A stretch of 64,000 nt of DNA from an uncultured Methanosarcinales archaeon (GCA_964647565.1 CAZYIM010000001.1:40328-104327); one strand, 5' to 3'. Shown: positions 48,763-58,240, counted from the first letter of the stretch. The notes: generated from the sequence alone by a model not told the origin. Translations and numbers: made by a program.

Positions 48763-51089
48763 GGGTAGGTTTCAGTCTTATGCAAGAAAAGTGAATCATA
48801 ATCTTTAGCTAAACTTACATCATAATAGTGAAGACGCTCACCTAGCTCTTCAGGTCCAAAGAAATGTTTTGTCCCATCTGCTTTTGGAAAGGAAACTGCT
48901 ATATTAAAATAGCTGCATACTGCCCTGAAGAGTTCTTCAGGATATCTGTCAAAAGAACTTGTTCCCAAGCATTTCCCAAGATCATATTCACTCTGGTTAT
49001 GGGTAACCCCGACGAGTTTTGTTTTGTTAATCCTGTCTTCATACATCTCGATCTTGAGTTTTGTGTACTGCAGCTTGAATTGGTCAATGCCTGCAGGAAC
49101 AAGACCTGCTTCATGTGACAAGGGCTCCATTACAGTTACATTATCAGTGTCAAGGTATGACTTGATCATTTCTGATGAATCATTGACATCCTTATAAGGC
49201 AGAACATAAACCTTACCACCTTCTTCAATATGTCTATCAAGATCTGGTTTCATGCAGAACTCATTGTACTGATACCATTCATTGTCTAGATGTGTTTTGG
49301 CCAGATCAGGATGCAAGATGATATAGGCTTCATATTTCCGGTCTGCAGGTTCTGTTTCGCCTGTAAGCATCTTTTCCTGGGTTATTGCTGTGATCTCAAG
49401 AGGTTTTATATCTTCAACGAACTTTTTACTTTTCATTTGTGCAATTCTACCCCTGAGTTCCGGCAAAGGGATGCCCATGTTGAATTCCAATAATCTCAAT
49501 ATGTTTCCACAAGCCTGATCATCCATTTTCTCGAAATACCAATATCTTGCGCCAGATAAAACACCTAAAAGCACATCGTATTGATAAATTTCATCCAAAG
49601 TTTCAGGAGTGACAGTTTCCCCTTTTAGTTCATTCTGAGTGACCTTCAAAAGATGAGCTTTCCACTCTTCCTGATATGGCAGTAAGTTTTCCTCACCACC
49701 ATGTTTATTATAATGACGTTCAGTTGTAACATCTTCACCACTATTTATCTTATCTATATTATCTTGAGATTCTCTACTGTAAACATGACCATTTATCATT
49801 CCCCTGCTAGTGCATTCAAGATAATAATGTATGAAATCACTGCTTAAATTTTCATAATAGTACCTTATCTTTCCTGCCACCTCAGGATTGAACTTGACAG
49901 CTGTATGGCCGATGTCTTCATAGACATAATGAAGGTCATTCCAATTGCCTAATTGGTCTACATTAAGCTGTGTTAATAAATAGTCAAGCAGGCCCATGCC
50001 AATCACTCTCTTTTGGTCTGGAGTGATCTTGTCTTTGATTTTGCTCATTCTAAAATGCATTAATCTGAAATGGATGCTCAGTCCTTGATCGATATTATCA
50101 ATAACCTTATGATAGATTTTTGTAGCTTCTTCGTCTACAGCACCAGTTTCATCAAGCACTTTTTCTTCCAGTGATTTTTTAAGAAGTTCTTTAACTGGAT
50201 TTTTGGTTCCATACAGATGATAGAATGCGCCTATCGGCTCATTAGATCTTTTAACTATGGCTTTTGTTTCTTGTTTGGGTATTTCTACGCCATATTGAGG
50301 GAACAAGGATAATGATTCATCTGACAATGCCCTGAAATCATAAATGCCAAGCCATCTGTCCCAGAGTGAGCTTTGCCCTCTGTGATCAAAAAAGCCTGGA
50401 ATCTGTCTTTTTACCAGTTCCTCATAGAACTTGATATATCTGTCATCAAACTTCTTGATATCCAATGGCTCCAGCTTAACTGATGCTCTCAATGGATTGA
50501 ATGTAGTAGGTAATAGTAAAAGATTGACTCCATAATAATCCTTCAGCTCATCTGGAAGCAGATTATATTCTGGAACTTTTAATAGGGTTTTTTTAAGGTT
50601 TCTAGCAGAAATATCTGGGTTGGTCCAGGTCTTGCCCTTTTTTTCCAAGATGCCTGATTCAAGAAGAGCTCGAGGGATATTACTGGAGATTTCTGTGGCA
50701 GCTGTGTCCAATTCATTAAAAGTCTTGAATTCACCTGAATATCCTTGAAAAGATTTGAAGAGTGATGTTGCAATAGCAAGATATATTGGAAATTTGAAAT
50801 CTGGTAGAAGAATGCCAGGAATCCTATTAAGCCCTTGAGCAAGTTTCCTTATCCTATCCAGCTTGCTCTTATACTCACCTTTTTGAAATTTGTTGTAAGC
50901 CCAGTCAACTTCTTGATCCAGGCCAAAGAATCCAAAGTCCGGCGGTGTATCTGCTGGGAAAAACAGTTCCTGACCATCTTTATCAAGGGCAATGTTCCTA
51001 AGATCTGGAACGTCCGAATTCCTTTTTACAGGTAGCATATATGCAGAAAAACACACTTCCTCTTTATAAAGGTTTTGATTTTTTACCAC
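48759..51089 (-). CDS. Large hypothetical protein (776 aa)
   Basis: Long uninterrupted ORF; no motif recognised. Confidence 0.7.
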   Translation of the reverse strand: MVKNQNLYKEEVCFSAYMLPVKRNSDVPDLRNIALDKDGQELFFPADTPPDFGFFGLDQEVDWAYNKFQKGEYKSKLDRIRKLAQGLNRIPGILLPDFKFPIYLAIATSLFKSFQGYSGEFKTFNELDTAATEISSNIPRALLESGILEKKGKTWTNPDISARNLKKTLLKVPEYNLLPDELKDYYGVNLLLLPTTFNPLRASVKLEPLDIKKFDDRYIKFYEELVKRQIPGFFDHRGQSSLWDRWLGIYDFRALSDESLSLFPQYGVEIPKQETKAIVKRSNEPIGAFYHLYGTKNPVKELLKKSLEEKVLDETGAVDEEATKIYHKVIDNIDQGLSIHFRLMHFRMSKIKDKITPDQKRVIGMGLLDYLLTQLNVDQLGNWNDLHYVYEDIGHTAVKFNPEVAGKIRYYYENLSSDFIHYYLECTSRGMINGHVYSRESQDNIDKINSGEDVTTERHYNKHGGEENLLPYQEEWKAHLLKVTQNELKGETVTPETLDEIYQYDVLLGVLSGARYWYFEKMDDQACGNILRLLEFNMGIPLPELRGRIAQMKSKKFVEDIKPLEITAITQEKMLTGETEPADRKYEAYIILHPDLAKTHLDNEWYQYNEFCMKPDLDRHIEEGGKVYVLPYKDVNDSSEMIKSYLDTDNVTVMEPLSHEAGLVPAGIDQFKLQYTKLKIEMYEDRINKTKLVGVTHNQSEYDLGKCLGTSSFDRYPEELFRAVCSYFNIAVSFPKADGTKHFFGPEELGERLHYYDVSLAKDYDSLFLHKTETYP

Positions 51090-51105
51090 TAATGGGTGAT
51101 AAAAC

Positions 51106-51786
51106 TCAAAGCCTGTTTGTCTTTAAATACCATTCCTTGCGGAACTGGATTAAGAAGGATCTCATAAATGTATGACGATCTTCTGCAAGCTTATGCGCAG
51201 TCTCTGTATTCATGTTATCCTTTAATTTCAGCAGTTTATCATAGAAATGATGTATTGCAGATGGTTCTGCAGCATCATGCTCATCATATGTTGCTTTTTC
51301 CTGTACCAGATCAGGATTCCAAAGAGCCATCTTGTGTGCCCCTGCATAGGAAAAAGCCCTTGAAACGCCTATAGCCCCTAATGCATCAAGGTTGTCTGCG
51401 TCCTGAACAATCAAAGTGTTGATGTCAGTGACCTGGTTGCCTTTTTTAGAGAATGAATAGTTCTCGTGATGTTCTATGCAGTAAAGGATCATTTTTTGCT
51501 TATCCAATGGCATCCTGCACTCATCCAGAATAATCTTGGCTTCACCTAAAGATTCCTTGGGAGAAACATATTGTTCCCTGTCAACAGACATGAACCTGTG
51601 CAGGTCATGGATAGAAAGGGCAGTACCGATCACCAATCTGTCGCCACCTTCACGCTCCTGTATATAAAGGCCTAGATCTCGTGCTCTCTTGTGATGGTAG
51701 AGATCATGATCAGGCGAAAAACAATCAGTATACAACTCCATATGCTTGTCCAGAATCATGAATAATTGTTCAAGCTGCTCTTCCAT
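51106..51786 (-). CDS. HD-domain phosphohydrolase (YedJ-like)
   Basis: HDLYHHKR, IHD, H, VQDADNLDALGAIG..RAF, HFYDKLLKL. Confidence 0.85.
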   Translation of the reverse strand: MEEQLEQLFMILDKHMELYTDCFSPDHDLYHHKRARDLGLYIQEREGGDRLVIGTALSIHDLHRFMSVDREQYVSPKESLGEAKIILDECRMPLDKQKMILYCIEHHENYSFSKKGNQVTDINTLIVQDADNLDALGAIGVSRAFSYAGAHKMALWNPDLVQEKATYDEHDAAEPSAIHHFYDKLLKLKDNMNTETAHKLAEDRHTFMRSFLIQFRKEWYLKTNRL

Positions 51787-52249
51787 AAGATTGGGAAAAA
51801 TTAACTAGTTTATAATCCTTTCTTTTAAGGCGGACATACATCCTCTCGTAAGGGAATTGTTTGGTTCCAAAGCCATGCTCATCCCTAAGATAGAGTGCCC
51901 TGTTTGAGTCAAAAGCCACCTTGAAATGCGGTGTTTTCTGAGCCCATATAGACTCATAGCAGCTTGGTCCAAAATGTATGAATTCGACAAGATGATCTTT
52001 CTGCCATTTCCGTTCCATATGGCAGTATTCTAATACGCTTGGTTTTCCCCAGTCCGGTTGTATATCGTCCTTGAAAAGATCATCAGAAGTGGATGATTTA
52101 CCTTTTCTCGAATAGAATTCTAATTTCGTTCCCTTGGGTTCAAACAGCTGTTTAAGTTGTTCTTCAAAAGCCAGGAAGTTATCATACATAAGATCATAAG
52201 GTTCCATTGAATTAACTAGTTCTACCAATTGATTGTGGTTAAGAGACAT
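51770..52249 (-). CDS. Hypothetical protein
   Basis: 159-aa ORF overlapping the start of the HD gene. Confidence 0.6.
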   Translation of the reverse strand: MSLNHNQLVELVNSMEPYDLMYDNFLAFEEQLKQLFEPKGTKLEFYSRKGKSSTSDDLFKDDIQPDWGKPSVLEYCHMERKWQKDHLVEFIHFGPSCYESIWAQKTPHFKVAFDSNRALYLRDEHGFGTKQFPYERMYVRLKRKDYKLVNFSQSYGRAA

Positions 52250-52322
52250 AAAAAAGGGAAAGATGAGGTAATATTTAATTATTTACGTTAAATTTTTAAT
52301 ATATTTTATCTTTCTCTCCTCT

Positions 52323-52847
52323 ATGAACGTAAAAGAAGCTATTGAAAAAAGAAGGAGTATTAGGAAGTATGATGACAAAGAGGTTACCGAAGAGGTTTTA
52401 AGGGAGCTTATCGACGCTGCTAGACTGGCGCCGTCAGGCAACAATGCCCAGCCATGGTATTTCAAGATAGTTACCAGTGCAGAGGACAAAAAGAAACTGA
52501 AGGATAGTAATATGTATCCGCAGGACTTTGTCTATACTGCACCAGTGCTTATTATTTGTTGTGCAGATCCAAGCGTCTATCCTGCTGGCGAATTCATCAA
52601 GGGCATGGATCATCCAAACCAGGTAAGGGCCATAAGGGACCTGTCGTTGGCTTGCGAGAATTTAGTGTTAAGAGCTGTTGAGCTTGGACTTGGCACCTGC
52701 TATATTGGATGGATGGACAAGGAAAAGGTCAAGGATCTGCTGGATATACCAAAGGATTACATTGTTCCCTACACAATAACTGTAGGCTATCCTGCTGGTG
52801 GAGCCGGTGAGCCAAAGAAGAAGAGTGCTGACGATATTTTACTTTAG
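52323..52847 (+). CDS. Nitroreductase family protein
   Basis: RRSIRKY, AARLAPSGNNAQPW, LRAVELGLGTCYIG. Confidence 0.92.
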   Translation: MNVKEAIEKRRSIRKYDDKEVTEEVLRELIDAARLAPSGNNAQPWYFKIVTSAEDKKKLKDSNMYPQDFVYTAPVLIICCADPSVYPAGEFIKGMDHPNQVRAIRDLSLACENLVLRAVELGLGTCYIGWMDKEKVKDLLDIPKDYIVPYTITVGYPAGGAGEPKKKSADDILL

Positions 52848-52869
52848 TTGAACATATTCAGGTGGTTAA

Positions 52870-53337
52870 ATGCAAGAGCTATACATAGATGATATTATTG
52901 AGAAGACTAAGAAATTAAGCAAAGAGAAGAAGCATAAGAAGACAAAATTCTATAACTTAATTGGTGAAGTCGTGCCTGATGAATGCCACATCCATCTTTC
53001 TACCAAAGAATGCACTATAATCATATTTGACGAAAAAAAACAGAGCTACACGAAAGCAGCAGTAGATTATAAATCAGGATCATATCAAGGTAGAACAATT
53101 CTCCCGACAGATGAAATTTTCAGTCTCGATAACTATAAAGCTACCTCCTCAATTATTCCAAGCTATTGCTTTAATTATCCTTCTAATAAATGGACTGTTG
53201 GCCCGTTTATTCTGTTTGTAAAAAAAATATTCACACACAATCACTCTCCTGTTGCTGAAATCGGACAGTTGATAGATAAAGATTATCCTGTAAAGTATTA
53301 CGCACCAAGAACAGATAAGATACCAACAATAGAATAA
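52870..53337 (+). CDS. Unknown paralog family, array member 1 of 7
   Basis: Starts MQELYIDD, ends RTDKIPTIE. Confidence 0.8.
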   Translation: MQELYIDDIIEKTKKLSKEKKHKKTKFYNLIGEVVPDECHIHLSTKECTIIIFDEKKQSYTKAAVDYKSGSYQGRTILPTDEIFSLDNYKATSSIIPSYCFNYPSNKWTVGPFILFVKKIFTHNHSPVAEIGQLIDKDYPVKYYAPRTDKIPTIE

Positions 53338-53339
53338 AA

Positions 53340-53792
53340 ATGCAAGAGCTATACATAGATGATGTGATTGAGAAAGCACATGATCTAGAAAAACAAAAGA
53401 AGTATAAGAAAAAGATTTTCACAGAACGTCTCTTGGCTTTGATGCCAAAAAAAGGTCACATAGTACTCAGCGGCAAGAGGGGAGATATCATCATTTATGA
53501 TCAGAAAAGCCAGTCCTATAGAAAAGCTTTATTTGATATCGAAGACGGCAATCCGATTGCAGGAAACCAACTTTTTGAGATCGAAGATTACAAACCGTCC
53601 ATACCAATAACTAATGAATACTTGATGGATGAGTTAACCACTGCTAAAGAAGCTGCAAATTTTATTTGTTTTTTAATAGGATTACATGACAAATACAAAT
53701 CTCCAGTCATTGAGTTCGGCAGGAGAGCAAACAGATATTTTCCTATAAAGGCTTACTCTCAAAGAACAGACAGGATACCAACAATAGAATAA
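53340..53792 (+). CDS. Unknown paralog family, array member 2 of 7
   Basis: Starts MQELYIDD, ends RTDRIPTIE. Confidence 0.8.
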   Translation: MQELYIDDVIEKAHDLEKQKKYKKKIFTERLLALMPKKGHIVLSGKRGDIIIYDQKSQSYRKALFDIEDGNPIAGNQLFEIEDYKPSIPITNEYLMDELTTAKEAANFICFLIGLHDKYKSPVIEFGRRANRYFPIKAYSQRTDRIPTIE

Positions 53793-53794
53793 AA

Positions 53795-54286
53795 ATGGAA
53801 ATACCAACAATAGATGACTGGCTGGAAAAAGCAGATCAATTAAGCCAAAAGAAAAAATATAAGAACAAAAACCTAGTTGAGAGACTGGGCAATATAATGC
53901 CTAAAAAAGGTAAGTTTTACCTGTCCGGTAAGCAAGGCACTGTCATATATTTTAATATTCCAAGTGAGAGCTATAAGCAAGCCATCCTGGGATTCAGTAA
54001 TAAACAAGAGGCCCAGTTCGAATATAATTTAGAATATATCTTTCCGGGAGAAAAATCATTCAGTCTTGAAGGCTATAAAGCAACAATTCCAATAACCAAC
54101 AAAGAATTTTTTTATTATCCCTATAAGTCAGAAGAAAAGCACAATGGTGCTCAATTCCTTTATTTTATCCTTAAGTTGTTCAAGGAGTACAAATCACCAA
54201 TCATGCAGATAGGACAAAAAAAGAACAGGTTCTATCCGTTCCAGTTCTACGGCCCAAGAAAAGACAAGATACCAACAATAGAATAA
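53795..54286 (+). CDS. Unknown paralog family, array member 3 of 7
   Basis: Starts MEIPTIDD, ends RKDKIPTIE. Confidence 0.8.
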   Translation: MEIPTIDDWLEKADQLSQKKKYKNKNLVERLGNIMPKKGKFYLSGKQGTVIYFNIPSESYKQAILGFSNKQEAQFEYNLEYIFPGEKSFSLEGYKATIPITNKEFFYYPYKSEEKHNGAQFLYFILKLFKEYKSPIMQIGQKKNRFYPFQFYGPRKDKIPTIE

Positions 54287-54288
54287 AA

Positions 54289-54780
54289 ATGGAAATACCA
54301 ACAATAGATGATTACATTGAAAAAGCAGAAGACCTTAAAAAAGAGAAAAGGTACAAGAAGATGGGAATATGGCAGAGACTTTGCTATGTAATGCCTAAAA
54401 AGGGCAAGTGCCATCTGTCTGGAAAGCACGGCACTGTAATCATCTATGACGAAGAAAGCCAGAGCTACAGGGATGCTATCTTATTTCATTTTGATAAACC
54501 AGAAGAATCATATAATTATAGATCACAGTATTTCCTTGCAGGAGAAAAGACCTTTAGTTTGGAAGGTTATAAGATAGATACTCCAATTATAAATAGAGAA
54601 GAAAGGGGGACTCCTAGTGAAGAAAATGTAAACAAATCTGTAGTGCATTTCCTCTATTTCTTCCTTAATTTGTTTGAGGAGTTCAAATCACCTGTCATGC
54701 AGATAGGCCAGTTTGAGAACCGGTTTTTCCCCTTCCAATTCTACTCATTACGTACAGATAAGATACCGACAATAGAATGA
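54289..54780 (+). CDS. Unknown paralog family, array member 4 of 7
   Basis: Starts MEIPTIDD, ends RTDKIPTIE; same length as member 3 (163 aa) and aligns to it essentially without gaps. Confidence 0.8.
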   Translation: MEIPTIDDYIEKAEDLKKEKRYKKMGIWQRLCYVMPKKGKCHLSGKHGTVIIYDEESQSYRDAILFHFDKPEESYNYRSQYFLAGEKTFSLEGYKIDTPIINREERGTPSEENVNKSVVHFLYFFLNLFEEFKSPVMQIGQFENRFFPFQFYSLRTDKIPTIE

Positions 54781-54799
54781 AAATATATAAGGTGATAAA

Positions 54800-55372
54800 A
54801 TGCAACAAGCAATATTAAACGATTTTTATATGTTAATCATAGACCTGTCAGCAAAAGCAGAAGAAGAAAAGGAAAACAAGCCCAAGGGAAAAAAACAGCT
54901 AGGTTTTAAGTTTCTGAATAAGAAAGATGTTTCAAAATCTGAGACTAACGAAATTTCCAATAAGATTGATGAGCTGCTAAAAAATAAGAAATTTCTGCTA
55001 AAGACTGATTGGGTAACTTATGTTATAGCAGACGAAGAAACAAAGACCTATAGAATTGCAGAATTTGACACAATCAAAGGCCAGCCATGCCCTTCAGGAC
55101 ATTTGGTCAATATGAATGATTACAAGCCGGATACAGAGATGTTTATCACAGGTTTCCCTTGTTCAGAATATCGAAAGGATGGCGGTCCAAAGAATAGGGA
55201 GTCAAATACATTAAATTTTTTCGAATCACTTTTAAAGATGCACAGAGCTGAGATTATAGAGATAGGAACAAATGAGACATTAGTGTCTACCCAAGCAATA
55301 AAAAAAAGATTCTATCCTATGAAATTCTATGGTCAAAGAACAGACAGGATACCAACAATAGAGGAGATCTAA
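54800..55372 (+). CDS. Unknown paralog family, array member 5 of 7
   Basis: Divergent N-terminus; ends FYPMKFYGQRTDRIPTIEEI. Confidence 0.8.
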   Translation: MQQAILNDFYMLIIDLSAKAEEEKENKPKGKKQLGFKFLNKKDVSKSETNEISNKIDELLKNKKFLLKTDWVTYVIADEETKTYRIAEFDTIKGQPCPSGHLVNMNDYKPDTEMFITGFPCSEYRKDGGPKNRESNTLNFFESLLKMHRAEIIEIGTNETLVSTQAIKKRFYPMKFYGQRTDRIPTIEEI

Positions 55373-55863
55373 TGAAAATGGAAGAACTATATATTGATGA
55401 TGTGATTGAAAGGGCAAGAAAACTTCAAAAAGATAAGAAGATGAAGAAGAAAACAGTAGCGCAGCTTATACAGTCTGTATTGCCAACAGAAGGCCATCTC
55501 TATCTGTCAGGAGAGCTTGGGACTGTGATTATTTTCGACGATGAAAACAAGATCTATAAAGAGGCTGTCTTGGATGTTCGAAAATGCCAACCACTTCCCG
55601 GCAATAAGATATTTAGTCTTGCTAATCACAAGTCCAACTCTCCTATAGAGACTGCTTATTATGATGCAGCAGGAAATTGGGGATATGATGATAAAGATCG
55701 CAGGTTACACGCCACAAGTCTAATATTATCCCTAAGGAAAGCACAACATGATTACGACGGCCAGGTTATGGAATTTAGCCGGACCATTGGTGACAGTCAT
55801 AATAGGCAGATATTATTCAAGACTTACATCCTAGACACAGGCAAGATACCAACAATAGAATGA
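55372..55863 (+). CDS. Unknown paralog family, array member 6 of 7
   Basis: MEELYIDD...GHLYLSGELGTVIIFD...; ends DTGKIPTIE. Confidence 0.8.
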   Translation: MKMEELYIDDVIERARKLQKDKKMKKKTVAQLIQSVLPTEGHLYLSGELGTVIIFDDENKIYKEAVLDVRKCQPLPGNKIFSLANHKSNSPIETAYYDAAGNWGYDDKDRRLHATSLILSLRKAQHDYDGQVMEFSRTIGDSHNRQILFKTYILDTGKIPTIE

Positions 55864-56429
55864 AAACACTTAAGATGGCAAAAATCAATCAGATCTATGG
55901 TTCATTGCTCGGATACAAGACAGGAAAGAAGTATCTGGAAAAGGATATCTCAGAGATTAAATCACTTGACGATCTTTCAGATATGTCAGTTAAAATGTTC
56001 AACCAGAGAAAATTTCGTAAAAAGAAGATCAATAAAATCATGGAGATCTTGGTCCCAAAAGAAGAGGAGCTGCTGTTGAGCTGGAACGGTTCGACAATCA
56101 TAATGTATGATAAAGAGCGAAAGAACATGTACACTGCTGCTCTTAATGTCGAGAGATGTTGGCCATTGGTCACTGATCAGGTTGTAAACCTTGGCAATCA
56201 TAGCCCCATCTCAGAGTTGAGCACTGAGATGTTCAAATGCAAGGATAGTATTATCGCAGGTTCCAATCATAAGAACTCTGTAAGATATGTCTTGAAACTG
56301 ATGAACATAATGAAAAGATATAATGCTCCGTTCATCCAGATAAATGATCACAAGGGAGATAATTTTTATAGGCGTTTTGCAAGCAAGGCATATTATCTCA
56401 ACACAGATAGGATTCCGACAATAGAATAG
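55860..56429 (+). CDS. Unknown paralog family, array member 7 of 7
   Basis: N-terminal extension; LLLSWNGSTIIMYD; ends NTDRIPTIE. Confidence 0.8.
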   Translation: MKTLKMAKINQIYGSLLGYKTGKKYLEKDISEIKSLDDLSDMSVKMFNQRKFRKKKINKIMEILVPKEEELLLSWNGSTIIMYDKERKNMYTAALNVERCWPLVTDQVVNLGNHSPISELSTEMFKCKDSIIAGSNHKNSVRYVLKLMNIMKRYNAPFIQINDHKGDNFYRRFASKAYYLNTDRIPTIE

Positions 56430-56435
56430 GCGTAT

Positions 56436-57338
56436 TTAAGGCTGCACTGTTATCTCAGTCTTGACAGATGGGGTGGGGACTCTTATTGAAGGAGACAGGA
56501 TTTTTTGTTTATAGGGTTTTGGTGGTATGGATGCAGAAAGATACCATTTTAGGTTAAAATTCTCACCAAATGTTGTTGGAACGACATCTGAAGGTATTCT
56601 TGTATCGATTGACACCGAGATCTGATCTTCTTCCTGCGGGATGTCCAGAACCTGCTTTATGGTGTCTAGGGTTGTATCATTATGATAGCCTTTTGCAACT
56701 GCACGTTCAACTGAATATAATTGCAGATGCAATTTGCTGTTGTGGGTTTTGGCCCTGTCTGTAATTTGTACTTTACCAGATATATTATCTCCACGATTAA
56801 ATGCAGTCTTTTCGAGAATCAATTGGATCTCAAGATCTTTTGAAGTATAGGGTATTGGATAAAACTTATTGCGTTCTTCTTCTGGCTCATCTTGTTTCTT
56901 TTTTGGGGGAGGTTCCCTTTGTATAGTTATGCCAGAAACATCGACAAGATCAATTCGAAGAGGAATATCTGCTCGTGTTTTTAACTCATAACTTACAGAT
57001 GCTTTTTTACCCTTATAGCTGGGAGTTATCTTTTCAGGCAGTTGGATTGAGAAATCTATCATGTGCACCCCTCTCTTAAAAAGCACATATTGATTCCACT
57101 CACCATTCTGGCGCTTCTTTACCACTGCTTCGAAAAGATTCATCCGAGTTGCCCAGACCTCATTGATTTCCTTGTGTGTAGAACCTGTATAGATCTCTGT
57201 GATTTCTGTTCCTGTAAGCTTAAGGTCCAAATCCCTGATCATAAGTCTGTTGTTGACATCGAACATCAATTGACCTGTTACACAGTCATTTGGAAGATAT
57301 TCTTTCTTCTCAAGCAGTATCTCAAGTTTGTTTGCCAT
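56436..57338 (-). CDS. Arrestin-like / Spo0M-like two-domain beta-sandwich protein
   Basis: LEILLEKKEYLPND.VTGQL and its repeat LILEKTAFNRGDNISGKV; FSIQLPEKITPSY.GK.ASVSYELK. Confidence 0.65.
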   Translation of the reverse strand: MANKLEILLEKKEYLPNDCVTGQLMFDVNNRLMIRDLDLKLTGTEITEIYTGSTHKEINEVWATRMNLFEAVVKKRQNGEWNQYVLFKRGVHMIDFSIQLPEKITPSYKGKKASVSYELKTRADIPLRIDLVDVSGITIQREPPPKKKQDEPEEERNKFYPIPYTSKDLEIQLILEKTAFNRGDNISGKVQITDRAKTHNSKLHLQLYSVERAVAKGYHNDTTLDTIKQVLDIPQEEDQISVSIDTRIPSDVVPTTFGENFNLKWYLSASIPPKPYKQKILSPSIRVPTPSVKTEITVQP

Positions 57339-57399
57339 GCTTAAAATAGAATGCGCTATAATTTAAATAAGTTTCTATCATAACCACTCAAAAGTAACA

Positions 57400-58182
57400 C
57401 TAAATCTCCTTTAACAACAGCTCTTCAGCAAGATGCAAGATGAACCTTAGGCTGTCCTTGAGCTTCTTTGTGTGCCACTTGGGAGCCCACTCCAACTCTG
57501 CGATGATGTCGCTGATGGCAAAGACAGAAGCCAATTCTACTTTGCGGTATTTTGCAACTGCAAACAATGCAGAAGCCTCCATCTCAACAGTAAGCACTCC
57601 ATCTTTTTTATACTGCAGCGTCTCATCAATAGTCTCCCTGTAAGGCGCATCTATTGTCCAACTGGTACCGCAGATGAACTTTTTCTTTTTTTCTTTTAGA
57701 AGTGTTTTTACTTTTTCAGTGAACTCTTTATCAGGAAACGCATATTTAGAAGGCTTGATATAGTGGTAAGAGGTCCCTTCATCTCTAATTGCTCTTTCAC
57801 AGACAATGATATCACCTGCCTTCAGATTGGATTGAAGGCCGCCAGCAGCACCAATGGACATGAACTTTTTCACACCTAAAGCAATGAACTCTTCAAATAC
57901 TGCAGACGCAACAGGAGCACCAATACCAAACCTGCCAACCGCAGCAATCTTTTTCCTTCTGCCTGGAAGATAACAAACTGTCGCACCAAATGCCTTGGTC
58001 TTCTTCACGCCCTTGAGTTTGCATATGTAGTTCATCAGGTTCCTGTCATAGCAAAGGATGACAGCTTCAGGAACCTTTAACAAGGCAAGTCTCAGGTCTA
58101 TCTTCTTGTAATAGTTGACAAACTGTTTAGGCTCCAGAGTAGATTTTTTCAGATGTTTATCCTTGAAGTTTGGATACGCCAT
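57400..58182 (-). CDS. Nucleoside phosphorylase (uridine phosphorylase family)
   Basis: GIGAP, IGAAGG, AIRDEGTSYHY, WTIDAPYRET, VEMEASA. Confidence 0.9.
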   Translation of the reverse strand: MAYPNFKDKHLKKSTLEPKQFVNYYKKIDLRLALLKVPEAVILCYDRNLMNYICKLKGVKKTKAFGATVCYLPGRRKKIAAVGRFGIGAPVASAVFEEFIALGVKKFMSIGAAGGLQSNLKAGDIIVCERAIRDEGTSYHYIKPSKYAFPDKEFTEKVKTLLKEKKKKFICGTSWTIDAPYRETIDETLQYKKDGVLTVEMEASALFAVAKYRKVELASVFAISDIIAELEWAPKWHTKKLKDSLRFILHLAEELLLKEI

Positions 58183-58240
58183 TGCTCAGAAGGATTTTAT
58201 TCTCTTAATAAAGTTTTTCAGAATTAGCAATAGCTCCTAG

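Larger units (their letters stand above)
53320..56425 (+). repeat. Dispersed 14-nt repeat ATACCAACAATAGA at array gene junctions
   Basis: Exact copies at 53320, 53775, 53801, 54269, 54295, 55349 and 55846; near copies at 54763 (1 mismatch) and 56412 (2 mismatches). Confidence 0.9.

Noticed and set aside
53320-56425. CRISPR array reading of the ATACCAACAATAGA repeats
   Set aside because: The repeat is only 14 nt, lies inside coding sequence and is spaced by 450-600 nt genes; no cas genes are present.
52870-56429. DGR, integron or shufflon as the mechanism behind the paralog array
   Set aside because: No reverse transcriptase, template repeat with adenine-specific mismatches, tyrosine recombinase or attC-like palindrome is visible in the window. 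One could still act in trans.
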